This document shows positions 13,126-25,282 of a stretch of 64,000 nucleotides of DNA, in pieces. The stretch's first letter is position 1. Every line of letters starts with the position of its first letter. The notes under the pieces are model-generated. The model searched no databases, had not been told where the DNA came from, and was given only the letters and a program-made list of their open reading frames with translations. The stretch is taken from contig NIVC01000152.1 in the NCBI GenBank assembly GCA_002269645.1, positions 901,176 through 965,175 of the forward strand, in the 5' to 3' direction. This DNA is from Macrostomum lignano. Its lineage: Eukaryota. The position numbers and the translations under genes were made by a program.

Positions 13126-16100
13126 ATGACTATGAAGAAATCAAATAAATTTCCTGAGAAAAATACTGAAGAAGAGGAAATGCTGCTGCAAAATTATGCA
13201 TTGTTAAAGAAATTGGTAAGTTAAATGGATTGTTTCTTTGGCCTAAAATTGTCTTTCCTTAAGCTGAGCTTCTATTCTAGCAGATCTCCAAGTTAAGACC
13301 CTACTCTACCACATCTCCAGGTTGAGACCCTACTCCACCACATCTCCAGGTTGAGACCCTACTCTACCACATCTCCAGGTTGAGACCCTACTCTACCATA
13401 TCTCCAAGTTGAGACCCTACTCTACCACATCTCCAAGTTGAGACCCTACTCTACCACATCTCCAAGTTGAGACCCTACTCTACCATATCTCCAAGTTGAG
13501 ACCTTACTCTACCACATCTCCAAGTTGAGACCCTACTCTACCACATCTCCAGGTTGAGACCCTACTCTACCACATCTCCAAGTTGAGACCCTACTCTACC
13601 ATATCTCCAAGTTGAGACCTTACTCTACCACATCTCCAAGTTGAGACCCTACTCTACCATATCTCCAAGTTGAGACCCTACTCTACCACATCTCCAAGTT
13701 GAGACCCTACTCTACCACATCTCCAAGTTGAGACCCTACTCTACCATATCTCCAAGTTGAGACCTTACTCTACCAAATCTCCAAGTTGAGACCCTACTCT
13801 ACCACATCTCCAGGTTGAGACCCTACTCTACCACATCTCCAAGTTGAGACCCTACTTTACCATATCTCCAAGTTGAGACCTTACTCTACCAGTCTACCAG
13901 ATCTCCAAGTAAGGACCCTACTTTACCAGATCTCCAAGTTGAGACCCTACTCTACCATATCTCCAAGTTGAGACCATACTCTACCCGATCTCCAAGTAAG
14001 GACCCTACTCTACTATCTGCTCTGCTTTAGGATCAATTCACCGGGTCAAGGTTAACCTTAGATCTACAAAATTATATATTTTAACTGTGCCTGTCAATCG
14101 CCGCAGAGAAAACAGCTGACTGAGCTGCGCAGCCGGCAAGCGGCCGAGGCCGAGACAAATCGCGAGAAGGAGGAAACGCCGGTTAAGCCTAACGAAGATG
14201 CCAGGGTGGCGGCTGAGCGCCTGGTGAAACTGGGCAAAATTAAAATACAAAGCGCCTGCCCGCCTCGGGTATTGATGAAGAAAGGCCGCGATTCGACTGG
14301 CCCAGTCTCCGCTTATCGGCCCTACTCGCCTACTGGCGGCGGCTCTGACGAGATTCAACAGCATCAGAATCAGCTGCAGCAGCCGCCAGCCAAGCGGCCG
14401 CGCTCGAATCTCTACGACAGCTTCGTTTCTGGCGGCGTACAGGATCCGGCGCCAGCTACCCCGTCAGGGAACAGCGCCGAGCCCAATAAGCCCCGTGGCA
14501 ACACTCTATTCGTGCAGGGCTACAATATCCATCCAGATATGCTCCGGTCGGCGTTCAGCCCGTTCGGCCCGATCTCGCGCATCGCTATGGAGAATCGCGC
14601 TGGCGGCCTCGCCGGCCGGTTTGGCGACTCCAAAGCCAACAACAAGCCGAAGGCGTTTGTCACGTTCGAATCGGAAGACGACGCCGCTAACGCTATGGAT
14701 CAGGTGTGCTACTTAATATTTTTATTAATTAGCTGGTAGATAGATAGATAAAAAGACGCTATAGAGTCAAAAACCTTAGCGCTCACACGCTCGCGAAAAA
14801 GCTCAGAAAGGCAGGAAGTGGGCTCAAGTGTGGTGAGGTAGATGGCTTGAAGGTCACTAGCAAAGTTCTTTAGAAGCGTCTCAGTGCGCGCATGTCCGCG
14901 ACGGTATGGGTCGCATAGACATGCATGCGCAACCTCCAAAATTCGGTCGGCCATGCGACTTAGTTTTAACAAAAATGCGACGTAGTTTTTGGCCAAAAAT
15001 GCGACTTACATGTAAAAAAACCTAAAGCAAAATTAATGCAACATTGGGTAAACAGCAGGAGTAACTATGACTGTCTTATTAAGCCAAAATGCCTCGTCAG
15101 CTACTTAGTACTACTACTGGGTAATTTTTTGGGTGGGTATTTTTGCGACTTCCTTGGTTGGCCACCAAATCGGCCAACTCGGCCGACTGTTGCGCATGTA
15201 TGCGCATAGCGGATTGAGCACGACAACCGCAAGGGGGTTCATTTCCCCTCGAACGTAGCTGCGTAGCACATTGCCGCGAAGTCGCCGCGCTCTCAGGAGG
15301 GAGCTCACTGGTGGGACGCCGGAGCGAGCAGCGAGCGCACGGTTTGACAGCCTTTCAGGGTAGCGGAGATCGAGAGCAAACCGCAGCAAAGCTCTGAAGG
15401 TGGCGTCGAGAGCCTGGTTGCGAGATTCCGTGACCGGCAGAGCTTCGAGACCGTAAAGGAATATCGGCAGCACGACAGCACAGAAAATCCGGATTTTAAG
15501 TTGGTCAAATTAGCTGATAGTAGTTGTTAATAGTCATAGTGTTTGGTAATATTTATTTAAGTTCTTAATGTTGGATTTTTATGCAAAAACGGTCGCGAAG
15601 TTTTTACAATTGTTTTTTTATTGATTCTGTTAATTTTTGCACTGTTAAGCACAGATCAAAACATAAAATTTCACTTAACTTCGAATTGGAATTGGAATTG
15701 GAACTCTGTTGACTAAGCAGTTTACGTATTGTATTTGCGTTGTTTGTTTTTGCTGAAACATTTGCTTAATATTATCTGCTTTCTACTGTAAGTAGGTGGA
15801 ATCGCTTATTAGCGACTTAGTAATTAAAAATTAGTTTCGTGCCTTATGGCTGGGGTGGCCTAGGGGGTAGCGGGTGGCGCGGCCGGCGGTCCAGGGGCAA
15901 AGAGGGGTTGGTAAGAGTTCGGAGGCGGGGCGGGCCGCTCTAGTCTACGCGAGGCCTCACACATTCCTTATTTGGTAAGCGGCCGGCGCCGAGAAAATTC
16001 TATTTATGGTCAAAACTAAACCTGAGAGACTTAGAAGTATTGAATAGTTTGGGCTATGCTACCAACTATGGCTTAGTCGGTACGGGCGGCAAGATTATGA

Positions 16101-18789
16101 CGCAGAAATTTTATCTGGTCCCGGCCGTTTATAGAAGTTTCACTAGCTGCCGGACCCCTCGCATCCTTCACTTGCTAACTTTTACCCCTCTGTAGAGTTT
16201 AGCGGTTATTCGTTTCTGTTTATGTGCTTTTATCGCTTAGTAAATTTTTATTAACCGGAAAAAACGGATGCAACTGTCAAGTTTGCCTGCAATTCTATTA
16301 ATTTCTGGTGTTTCTACACTAATAGAAAAAGTCTATGTTTTTTATCTGAATTTGGTTTTGGTTACCCTGACGATGAATTTTGCCTGTCACCTGAATAGAC
16401 GGCAGCTTAGAGGGGGCGCCAGCTACAGAAGGGGCTCCAGCTACAGAAAAGGGCGCCAGCAATAGAGGCGCCATCAACATAGTCAGGCGCTGCTAGCAAA
16501 AGAGGCGCCGGCTACAGAAGGGGCTCCAGCTACAGAAAAGGGCGTCAGCAATTGAGGCGCCATCAACATAGTCAGGCGCTGCTAGCAAAAGAGGCGCCGG
16601 CTACAGAAGGGGCTCCAGCTACAGAAAAGGGCGTCAGCAATAGAGGCGCCATCAACATAGTCAGGCGCTGCTAGCAAAAGAGGCGCCGGCTACAGAAGGG
16701 GCTCCAGCTACAGAAAAGGGCGTCAGCAATAGAGGCGCCATCAACATAGTCAGGCGCTGCTAGCAAAAGAGGCGCCGGCTACAGAAGGGGCTCCAGCTAC
16801 AGAAAAGGGCGTCAGCAATAGAGGCGCCATCAACATAGTCAGGCGCTGCTAGCAAAAGAGGCGCCGGCTACAGAAGGGGCTCCAGCTACAGAAAAGGGCG
16901 TCAGCAATAGAGGCGCCATCAACATAGTCAGGCGCTGCTAGCAAAAGAGGCGCCGGCTACAGAAGGGGCTCCAGCTACAGAAAAGGGCGTCAGCAATAGA
17001 GGCGCCATCAACATAGTCAGGCGCTGCTAGCAAAAGAGGCGCCGGCTACAGAAGGGGCTCCAGCTACAGAAAAGGGCGTCAGCAATAGAGGCGCCATCAA
17101 CATAGTCAGGCGCTGCTAGCAAAAGAGGCGCCGGCTACAGAAGGGGCTCCAGCTACAGAAAAGGGCGTCAGCAATAGAGGCGCCATCAACATAGTCAGGC
17201 GCTGCTAGCAAAAGAGGCGCCGGCTACAGAAGGGGGCGCGAGCTAAGGGGTGTCAGCTACATAAGGCAGACTAGACAGGGTCCTAGTAAGTACTGGAGGC
17301 TGGCTGCAACGAACTGCTTTTCAGTGAGTTCATCATGGCTCATAACTAAGCTTGCCGTCAACCCTTGTCAAAAATACACAGTTTGGTAAAATCTTACAAG
17401 TACCAGTTTACTCGTAGTGTTTCGTGTGCACATGCGCGCACAAGCAGGTGAGACAGATACTGGGTACTTTGCTTTCCCCCTGTCCCTGTGTTCTCATTTT
17501 TTCACCTACTCGTAGCTGGCACTCGCATGGAGCTTTGAAAGATTTTATCGTCTCTTTTTTTATTTCAATCAGTGCGCGATCGCCAGTTTCATGCAGTTCA
17601 AGTCGCCTTTCTTATCAGATTGCCTTGCCAGCTAATTTGTAGAAGGCTAAGTTGGGTGGCTAGATAAATAGTCGAGGGAAAGGTGAGGGTAGGGGGAGGG
17701 CTGGTCATGGCCTGTCTGAACAGGTGATTCTAGCACGCGACTGCAGTTTTTGGCGCGCAGTATTAAGAAAATGTGCTAAGATACAAATTCTAAATGAGAG
17801 AGTTGGACTTGGCTAGACTTTGTATCTGAGGTTTGGGCATTTATGTAGCTTAGCTATCTTACAATTTTGTTACAAAGCTTGTTTAGTCAACACTGCAGCT
17901 CCATAAAGTTGTTATTTAGCAGTGGTACAGAAATTGCTACTGCATAACCTTGTTGTGCGTATGTGTATGATGGAGTTTCTTTGGCTAGCGATTACCATGC
18001 CGTTAAAATATTTTTAAAACTCGTGATTATCCATAATTATCGCAACTTCACTCCAACCAACTCGAGAAATACCGTCATCAGCTACTTCCCTCACTCAACT
18101 CAGAGTACCTCAGTCAACTCAAAGAGTCCCTCAGTAATCTCGAAGAGTCCCTCAGTCAACTCGATGAGTCCCTCACTCATCTCAGATAGTCCCTCACTCA
18201 TCTCAGAGAGTCCCTCACTCAACTCAGTCCCTCATTCTATACCGGTGTTTATTATATTCGATTTCGCTAGGCTCCTATGCTGCGGCGTAACTCAACTTTC
18301 CAACACCTCCCTCCCAATTATCATCAGCTGGATGGCCAGCTGGTCAAAGGCAGCGTTCTGAGCGTTCGCCTGGCAAGGAAGCAGCCGTCAGCTGGCGGTC
18401 AGGGATTCCGCGGCTACGGAGGCCGCCCGATGCCTCCTCAGCTGCCTGGCATCTCCGACTGGACGTCGGACTCGGGCGGCGGCGGCGGCGGCGGCAGGTA
18501 CCGACTCGGTCTTGGCTTTGCCAGCCCGGACGCTCCAGACGCCGCTGGCGCTAGTAGTCCGCGCTACGCGCCACCGGACACTCCGACTAGTGCTGGCGGC
18601 GCTGAACTAGGAGAAGCGTCAAATCTGACTCCCGGCGCCAGGTCGACAGAGGGGCCGTCATCAATTGGCGAAGATTCCGACAGCCTGCGAGATCAGCAGC
18701 GGCGACCACTACAATACTCGGACGGAGTGTTCGTGTCCTCGGATCCGATGGAGGAGGACGCAGTTGTGGAACTGGATGAGGTCATGTGA
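13126..18789 (+). CDS. NELFE: Negative elongation factor E (exons 13126-13215, 14107-14703, 18328-18789)
   Basis: N-terminus FPEKNTEEEEMLLQNYALLKKL, then AAERLVKLGKIK, and an RRM GNTLFVQG..LRSAFSPFGPI..KAFVTFE..AMDQ|LDGQLVKGSVLSVRLARKQP match NELF-E motifs (EEEE..LKK, QLVKSGAI, GAFSPFGNI, NIARKQP). Both introns are GT-AG, phase 0. Confidence 0.93.
13285..14013. repeat. 29-bp minisatellite (CTCCAAGTTGAGACCCTACTCTACCACAT), ~25 units, in NELFE intron 1
   Basis: Direct inspection. Confidence 0.97.
14760..15510 (-). mobile_element. 5'-truncated RTE-clade LINE remnant, interrupted by a MITE
   Basis: KIRIFCAVVLPIFLYGLEAL..LDATFRALLRFAL..LSNRALAARSG..LLRARRL resembles the post-RT C-terminus of RTE elements. 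The frame continues as CDPYRRGHARTETLLKNFASDL once the MITE is removed. Confidence 0.75.
14920..15202. mobile_element. hAT-like MITE, 283 bp
   Basis: TIRs CATGCATGCGCAAC and GTTGCGCATGTATG; 8-bp TSD CGCATAGA/CGCATAGC (14912-14919, 15203-15210). Confidence 0.8.
16409..17238. repeat. 89-bp tandem repeat (~9 near-identical copies) built from degenerate 18-bp GGGGCGCCAGCTACAGAG subunits
   Basis: Period of 89 measured at 16465, 16554 and 16643. The subunit is the reverse complement of the 63558-64000 satellite. Confidence 0.95.
18085..18235. repeat. Degenerate 21-bp repeat (CTCAGTCAACTCGAAGAGTCC)
   Basis: About 7 diverged units near the 3' end of NELFE intron 2. Confidence 0.8.
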
Positions 18790-20503
18790 CAATGTTATGT
18801 ACTGGAGCTTGAATTTCGACGAAAGGCAGCATCTTTCGTCGCTATAAATATTTCAATCTTGTATTTGTTTTCTTTTCAAACCGAAATAAACATAAATTCT
18901 TGTACATTTTCAGTTGGAACTTTGAATTATCACTTTGAAATGCTCGTTTTGTAAATATTTTTTTTTTCATTTTTAACTCTAAAGTGAAATTCAATAAGCA
19001 GATCGTTTTGTTGAGAACTTCAGTAGATAATTAGAGGCTATAACCAGCTATACCAGTAGTTCAGGCGAACTTGCAAATTAACCATTTGGATATTCAGTGA
19101 AGTGGGGGGGGGGGGGTAAAGCTCCCTCCGGTTTAGCCTTTGGCTCTGCCTCAGACCGAAATGCGCATACCAAATTGACTGCCTAATCACGTACGCAACT
19201 GCGTGTCAGAAGCTGCTTGGCCTCTCTCTCTCTCTGTTTCTCTCGCTTTACTATTATAGTTCAGCTCGGTGTAGTGTAGGTAGCTCAGAATGTATGAAGA
19301 TTTAACGCTGGCGTCTGTCCCTCTCTCTTAGTAGAGTGCTTTGTATTTTGGCCTACTGCATGCTTACTGCCGTGCCGTGGGTTGCTAAATTTTAGTAGAA
19401 TGGGGCTCAGAGTCTCAGAGTTACAACTTGGCCAGCCATATACGAGCGTAGAAGTTTTCGTCCCGCTCGTTTTACAGGCAAGCTAGCTAGTTGTTAATAG
19501 TTTGTCTCTTAACTTCGCCTGATTCGAGTTCGCTGTTAATGCGCTAGCTATTGCACCGGATTTAGCATAGTGTTGCAGCCGATGTGCATGAATTACAATT
19601 ACTTTTGCTTTGTACATTGTAGGCGCTGTCCTAAATAAAGCAATTATTACTCGTAGATAAAAAACGATTGCAAAATGAGATTTCAAAGGCGATATCGACA
19701 TGTTTATTATTATTTTATTTTGTGGCAAAGGCATTCCTCACAGCACGCGGACACAGTTTACTGGATGCTCTCGTGTATTTAGTTCAGTTTATATTCATCC
19801 TTTCAATTGTTTACTACTGACTGGTGGATAAAAACCGACAGAAAAACTATTTTGCTAAATATAAACTGGGAAACAAATAAACGAAAAAACCGGATTAGAC
19901 AGTTAAATATAGGTGGGAAGAATATTTTAATTTGCATTTGCATTTGTTTATTTAACTTCAGAAAGAGAACAGAATAATGAGAAGCAAAGGAAAACCGATG
20001 CGTTTAACATTGTCAAATAGGAAGGCTGCTTCGCTATAACAATAGCAGACACAACAGACAGACTAACCGACTCCCACTAACTATTAGCTACGGCGGGGAT
20101 GTAAAGAGACAACACAACAAAGAATTTAATGTAGCACAGGAAATGTGACGGGCTTCTTGGAAAAGTTAATTATTGACAGAGCTGTCAAAAAGCTCTACGG
20201 AATACACAGAGAGACTGGGAGTTGCATCAAAGACTGCCACATGCCAAGCTTGATGGAATCATGTTTTTTCAATTATATTTCTGCTGTCTTGATTATAACA
20301 AAATGAAAACTTAAGTAACTCAGTCCAATAGTCAAGGCCTACATATTACTTAATAATATATTTAAAGACAGTTATAAAGATAGGCATAGGGTTTTTTAAT
20401 AATGCGGGCGGTCGAGTGCAAATGAACTGGTTGTCAAAAAAATATTCATTATTAATAATAGAAAAACTGATGATGAATAACCACCGGCTGACAGGCTGCT
20501 CGC

Positions 20504-21531
20504 TCAGTTGGCGCCACGGTCGCCCTGGCGGCAGAGCTCCAGCATGCACTCCTCCGAAGCCTCATCGATGCCGCTAGCCTGCAGCTCCTTGAAGATGCCC
20601 TGCAGTTTGTTCTTCAACTCAACCTTGGACGAGGCGATCAGCATCTTCTGTCTGATTGGGATGCCGTCGGGACCCCTGGACACAGTGGAAATCAATTAAT
20701 GCATTGTATTTTTAGATTCTAGAAGAAAGATCCCAATTATTGGGTTGAAGCGGGTTAGACTTCGGTCGAGAGTTTTCCCTCACTAGAAATCTCAGATCAT
20801 TGTGGATCCCACCAACTGATGCCTATCAATGGGGATCCCACCAACTGATGCCTATCAATGGGGATCCCACCAACTGATGCCTATCATTGGGGAATCCCAA
20901 CAACTGATGCCTATCATTGGGAATCCTAACAACTGATGCCTATCATTGGGAATCCCAACAACTGATGCCTATCATTGGGGAATCCTAACAACTGATGCCT
21001 ATTATTGGGAATCCCAACAACTGATGCCTATCATTGGGAATCCTAACAACTGATGCCTATTATTGGGGAATCCCAACAACTGATACTTATTATTAGGGAA
21101 TCTCAACAACTGATGCCTATCATTGGGGATCCCACCAACTGATGCCTATCATTAGGAATCCCAACAACTGATGCCTATTATTGGGGAATCCCAACAACTG
21201 ATGCCTATCATTGGGGATCCCATCAACACACAGTTAAAAAGGCAAAACAACTAACCAAGACACAAAAAACGAGCCGGCTGCGCTTTTGCTTGGACTCTTC
21301 AAATTCGAAGACCAAGTCATAAACGGCATAGCAGCCAACTTTCCTGTTCACCGAGTCCTTCAGATCTTCTATGAATTCATTGTAGGTGGCGTCAGCTGGG
21401 GCCTTTTTCAAAACGCCAATCTCCTTGTCATTATTGACAAAGCCAAACAGCAGATACCTGTAGCAGTGGTTGGTCTTGATCTCCTGGAAGGTGTCAAGCA
21501 CCTCCTGCTGAACTTTCACTCCGGAAGCCAT
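20504..21531 (-). CDS. cofilin: ADF/cofilin (exons 21531-21256 and 20675-20504; one extra base in T6 run 21264-21269; possible upstream ATG-only exon 21806-21804)
   Basis: MASGVKV..YRYLLF..YAVYDL..RLVF(VS)W|GPDGIPIRQKMLIASSK..LKNKLQGI..ELQA is the ADF-H pattern. The phase-2 intron lies in the Trp codon. Exon sum is 448 nt, one base too long. Confidence 0.93.
20801..21222. repeat. 29-30-bp minisatellite (TGGGGATCCCAACAACTGATGCCTATCAT) in the cofilin intron
   Basis: Direct inspection, ~14 units. Confidence 0.95.
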
Positions 21532-21545
21532 GCAATAAATTGGGT
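21529..21545 (-). promoter_or_regulatory. Spliced-leader-like sequence ACCCAATTTATTGCATG at the cofilin start
   Basis: 14/14 (16/17) match to the 3' end of the Macrostomum lignano SL as I recall it (..AGACTCAATTTATTGCATG). Branch-point-like CTAAC lies immediately upstream. Confidence 0.65.
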
Positions 21546-24500
21546 TAGAAATAAGTTAACAAAATCTTACTCAAACTGCTTCATATGCAACAAATACCTT
21601 GTAGTTTTTGAAAAATTATTTTTCATTTTTCTAAATTAAATATAGTAAAACAAAGCAATTCATTCAATTAAATGCTTGAAATTTATACTAAGAATTTTAT
21701 TTGGTTGATTTAAACAAAAAATAAACACTAGAACAAAAGAACTAATCATTTAATCAAATCCACTAAAATATGAGCCTAAACTTATTAATGGCATAACTTT
21801 TACCATATTGACAAGTTTTTATCCAAATAAACATTCAACATTTTAATTGCAACCTGAAAATTAGATCAAAAAGACGATTTTTAGTATATAGATGTGGAAC
21901 TAAACTAAAAATTTAAGTCTTATGTCTCTAATAATATTATTATCAAGTCTTTTATTACATAAAAATTGAATAGATAATAAGTTTAATACAAACATTAATA
22001 TTATATATATATATACTAACTTTGTCATAGTTTTAATTGAAATTCTAAAAAATGCAACCTAGTTTTTCAACACATTGATCCCTAATCCTTTTTGTGACTT
22101 CCTAATCTTTTTGCAACCTAGTCTGCTTTTTTTGTTTATTCTTTTTAATTTGTGCTATTTACCTGTTTTTGTTTTGCTTTTTTGTAGTACCTTTTTAATT
22201 TTTCTTTATCTTTCTATGCTAGTCTTCTTTTACACTTTTGATTATCAATTTTATAACTTAACCTTATAGTTTATATCAGCCAAATCAGCTGGGTTGGCTA
22301 GTAGTGCAATTGCAAAAACAGTTATAGATGCCTTATATGGAATGTTTTAAATCGATAACAGTCTAATTTAAGTAAAAATGGCTTGACAAGACTTAATGTT
22401 TATAGCAAAAAAAGGATAGGCCATTGCCAAAATTTTATTCTTATATACACTTGCTACCTTAAATATGGCATACACTTTTTTATTATGTATACCTCTATAT
22501 TACTTTTGTTTCTATTATTTATTCTATTAAGCCTATTTTAATATTTGCTACCTTGGGTTTAGCAGTTAATGTGGATAAAGTTTTCATTAAACAAATTTGA
22601 TTGCAAAGGATGAAGGTTTGAATGGTTTGAAGGATTGAATGGTCCAAAGGCAAAATGCCTATAGAAAAACAGTTAGAGGTCAATAGTAGGTCTATTTATA
22701 TAGTCATTTTGTCTCTTATCAAGTTAACTGCTAGTTGACAAACTTAATATTTATTAATTAGTACTTAAAAGATTGATTAATATATGCATAATTGTTTACA
22801 TAAAAAACTATTTTAAAATAGGGCTTGGCTTAGGCCTAGTTTTCTTATACTTAGTGAAACATCATTTGAAGAGCCAATGTTATGCCTTTTTCAATTTTAA
22901 TTGTGATTTCTCAATATATTTTGTTTGTACCTATCAAAGTCTTTCTTTCTCTTACAAAATGACAATAGACAAAACAATCTACACCTATAGGTTTAAATAC
23001 TAACCAATTTGGCAATAGAGATTTACATTGGACACATTTGGCAAAAAAGTAAATTCAGCAACAATCTTGTTGAATTGAGTAGTAATAAAGGAAACAATGG
23101 TATATCTTATTATTTAGTATAATCATATCAATCAATATGTATTAACTTTGCTTTCTACCCAAGTTTGTTTCATCTATTTTTTACCATAAACTTTCTAAAT
23201 ATACTTTTTAAGAAATGTTTATTCATTCTTATAGCCAATATAACTTATAGCCAAAGAAAATAAATTGTAAACTACAAAATTTTATAATTCTAAAGTTAGT
23301 TTTAGAGATATATACAGAGACATATATAACTTTTAAGGCATTTTAATTTGAATTTAAATTAAATAATATCATTTTTATTTTTTAGCTGACATGCACTTAA
23401 TCAAAACTTTTTGGCATACATAGTTATTGGTATACGTTTGTAATTGTTCAATTTTTGTTTGGCCATACACTTTGCATAATTTAGAATATGGTGGTTATTG
23501 ATTCAAGGCCATAGTTTAGAATGACATATATGCCAGGATTTCCCAGTATACAATAAAGGTACTTACTATTTTTCAGCATATAGCAAGCATATCCCAATGT
23601 ACATAACATAGTAGATACATTGTGTCAATGGCAATTTTTTTGCATTGGCATACAACCTTGCATACAAATGAGGTCTTGTAATTTTTCCGATATTAAACCT
23701 GGTATATACTAATATATAATCTAAACTATAGATTCAAGGTAGGCCTAAACATTGTAGAAAATATAGGCCCCCTTATTAGATTATAATTAAAAAATTTTAT
23801 AACTTCTTTAAGTTTAATACATACAAAAATGAAACATTTTTTTAATTTAAAATATTTTTTGCCTTTAATATATCTTTTAAAATTTATTATCACTACACTA
23901 ACAATAGGGGCCTAAATAAAAATTATTTTTTTTTACTAAATTTCAGCTTATATAAGCGCTAGTGCTTAATTAAAACAAAAGGTAACAAGTCAATTTGACA
24001 AAAGTTGATTTGCCAAAAGTCAATTTTTTAAAAGCAGGTTGTTTCACCAAAAGTTGTTTTGCCAAAAAATGACCAAATAAATAAATAAAATAAAATAAAT
24101 AAAGAAATAAAATTGTAAATGTTAGATTTAAAACATGTATTTTGTAAATTGACTTTTTCTAAAAGTTTTTTTGGCAAATCATCAAGTATTCATTTAAAAT
24201 GATTACATTTTGGTTTAAAAGTAAAATTCTTTCCTAATGCAGAGTGCATAGGCCTATGCACATTTATTAGTCCAAAAAGTGTTTTTGCACAGTTGATATG
24301 ATCAACCTAGGCCTAGGCCTTTATCTTCATAAAAAATTGCAACTTTTAGACCTAGTCTAGACTCTAGCCTATCATTTAAATCTAAAGGCATTGGACACGA
24401 ATAGAATATAAAGTGTAACAGTAGGCCTAGCCTAGTAAACTGCAGAGGTTAAAAAAATCATTAACAATTAAAAAGCAAACCAAGTTATTTCGTCGTTAAG

Positions 24501-25282
24501 GAGAATGCAGACTAATTTTGCAAAGTGTTATTTTTAGTGCGCACATACGTCGTATGTAATTAAATTTATAAAATTAGAATTGCTGCTCCGATCATGCTGA
24601 TGCATACATCTGACTAATCATATACATACGACCATGCGTGCGGAATTCAGAGTTCTGCAGTTGAAGAAGAATAGAAGATGGGTTTATAGCTGTCCCAAGA
24701 TAGGAAATATTCGCTTTTTAAAACATTATATGTAGCATGGTCCTGTTTAACAAAGTAAAAAAACGTTATAAAAAGTTAAAACTCTAAAAATTAACTTGAA
24801 AATAATACAAAAATACAAAATAATTTTTTCTTTACACACATGTAGCCAAAAAATCTAAATTTAATTCACAACAAAAGATATTTTGAATTGTTTATCGTTC
24901 ATTCCGTCCGTCGGTGATGCGTCGTCACTACTCGGCAGCATGTTCATACCTCCCGTTCAAGAAAAAATTAGGATTAATATTTAATTAAGGATTAATTAGG
25001 ATTAGGTTTATATATTTATAGTTAATTTAACGTGGTAACTATTAAATTTAAAAAAGCAATATAAACTTAAACATAATTAAATTTTTGAGTATTAAACTGT
25101 AGTGTTTAACTTTAACAAATTAACAATGAAAGTAAAAACACTTTATTAAGCTTATTATGTTTATTAAGCAAAGATTTAAAATCATTATTACTTCCGTACT
25201 TATTTCAGAAGTATGACCCTATTTGCCTTATGCATACAGGTGTTTTGGCATTTCGTCCATATGTCCATATTTTGATTTTTGG

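Noticed and set aside
13285-14013. CRISPR-like appearance of this and other regular arrays (39805-41065, 46424-46927)
   Set aside because: Units are directly adjacent with no unique spacers, there are no cas genes, and the context is eukaryotic and intron-containing.
15845-16180. GC-rich patch with A-box-like TGGCCTAGGGGG
   Set aside because: There is no B-box at a suitable distance and no second copy in the window.
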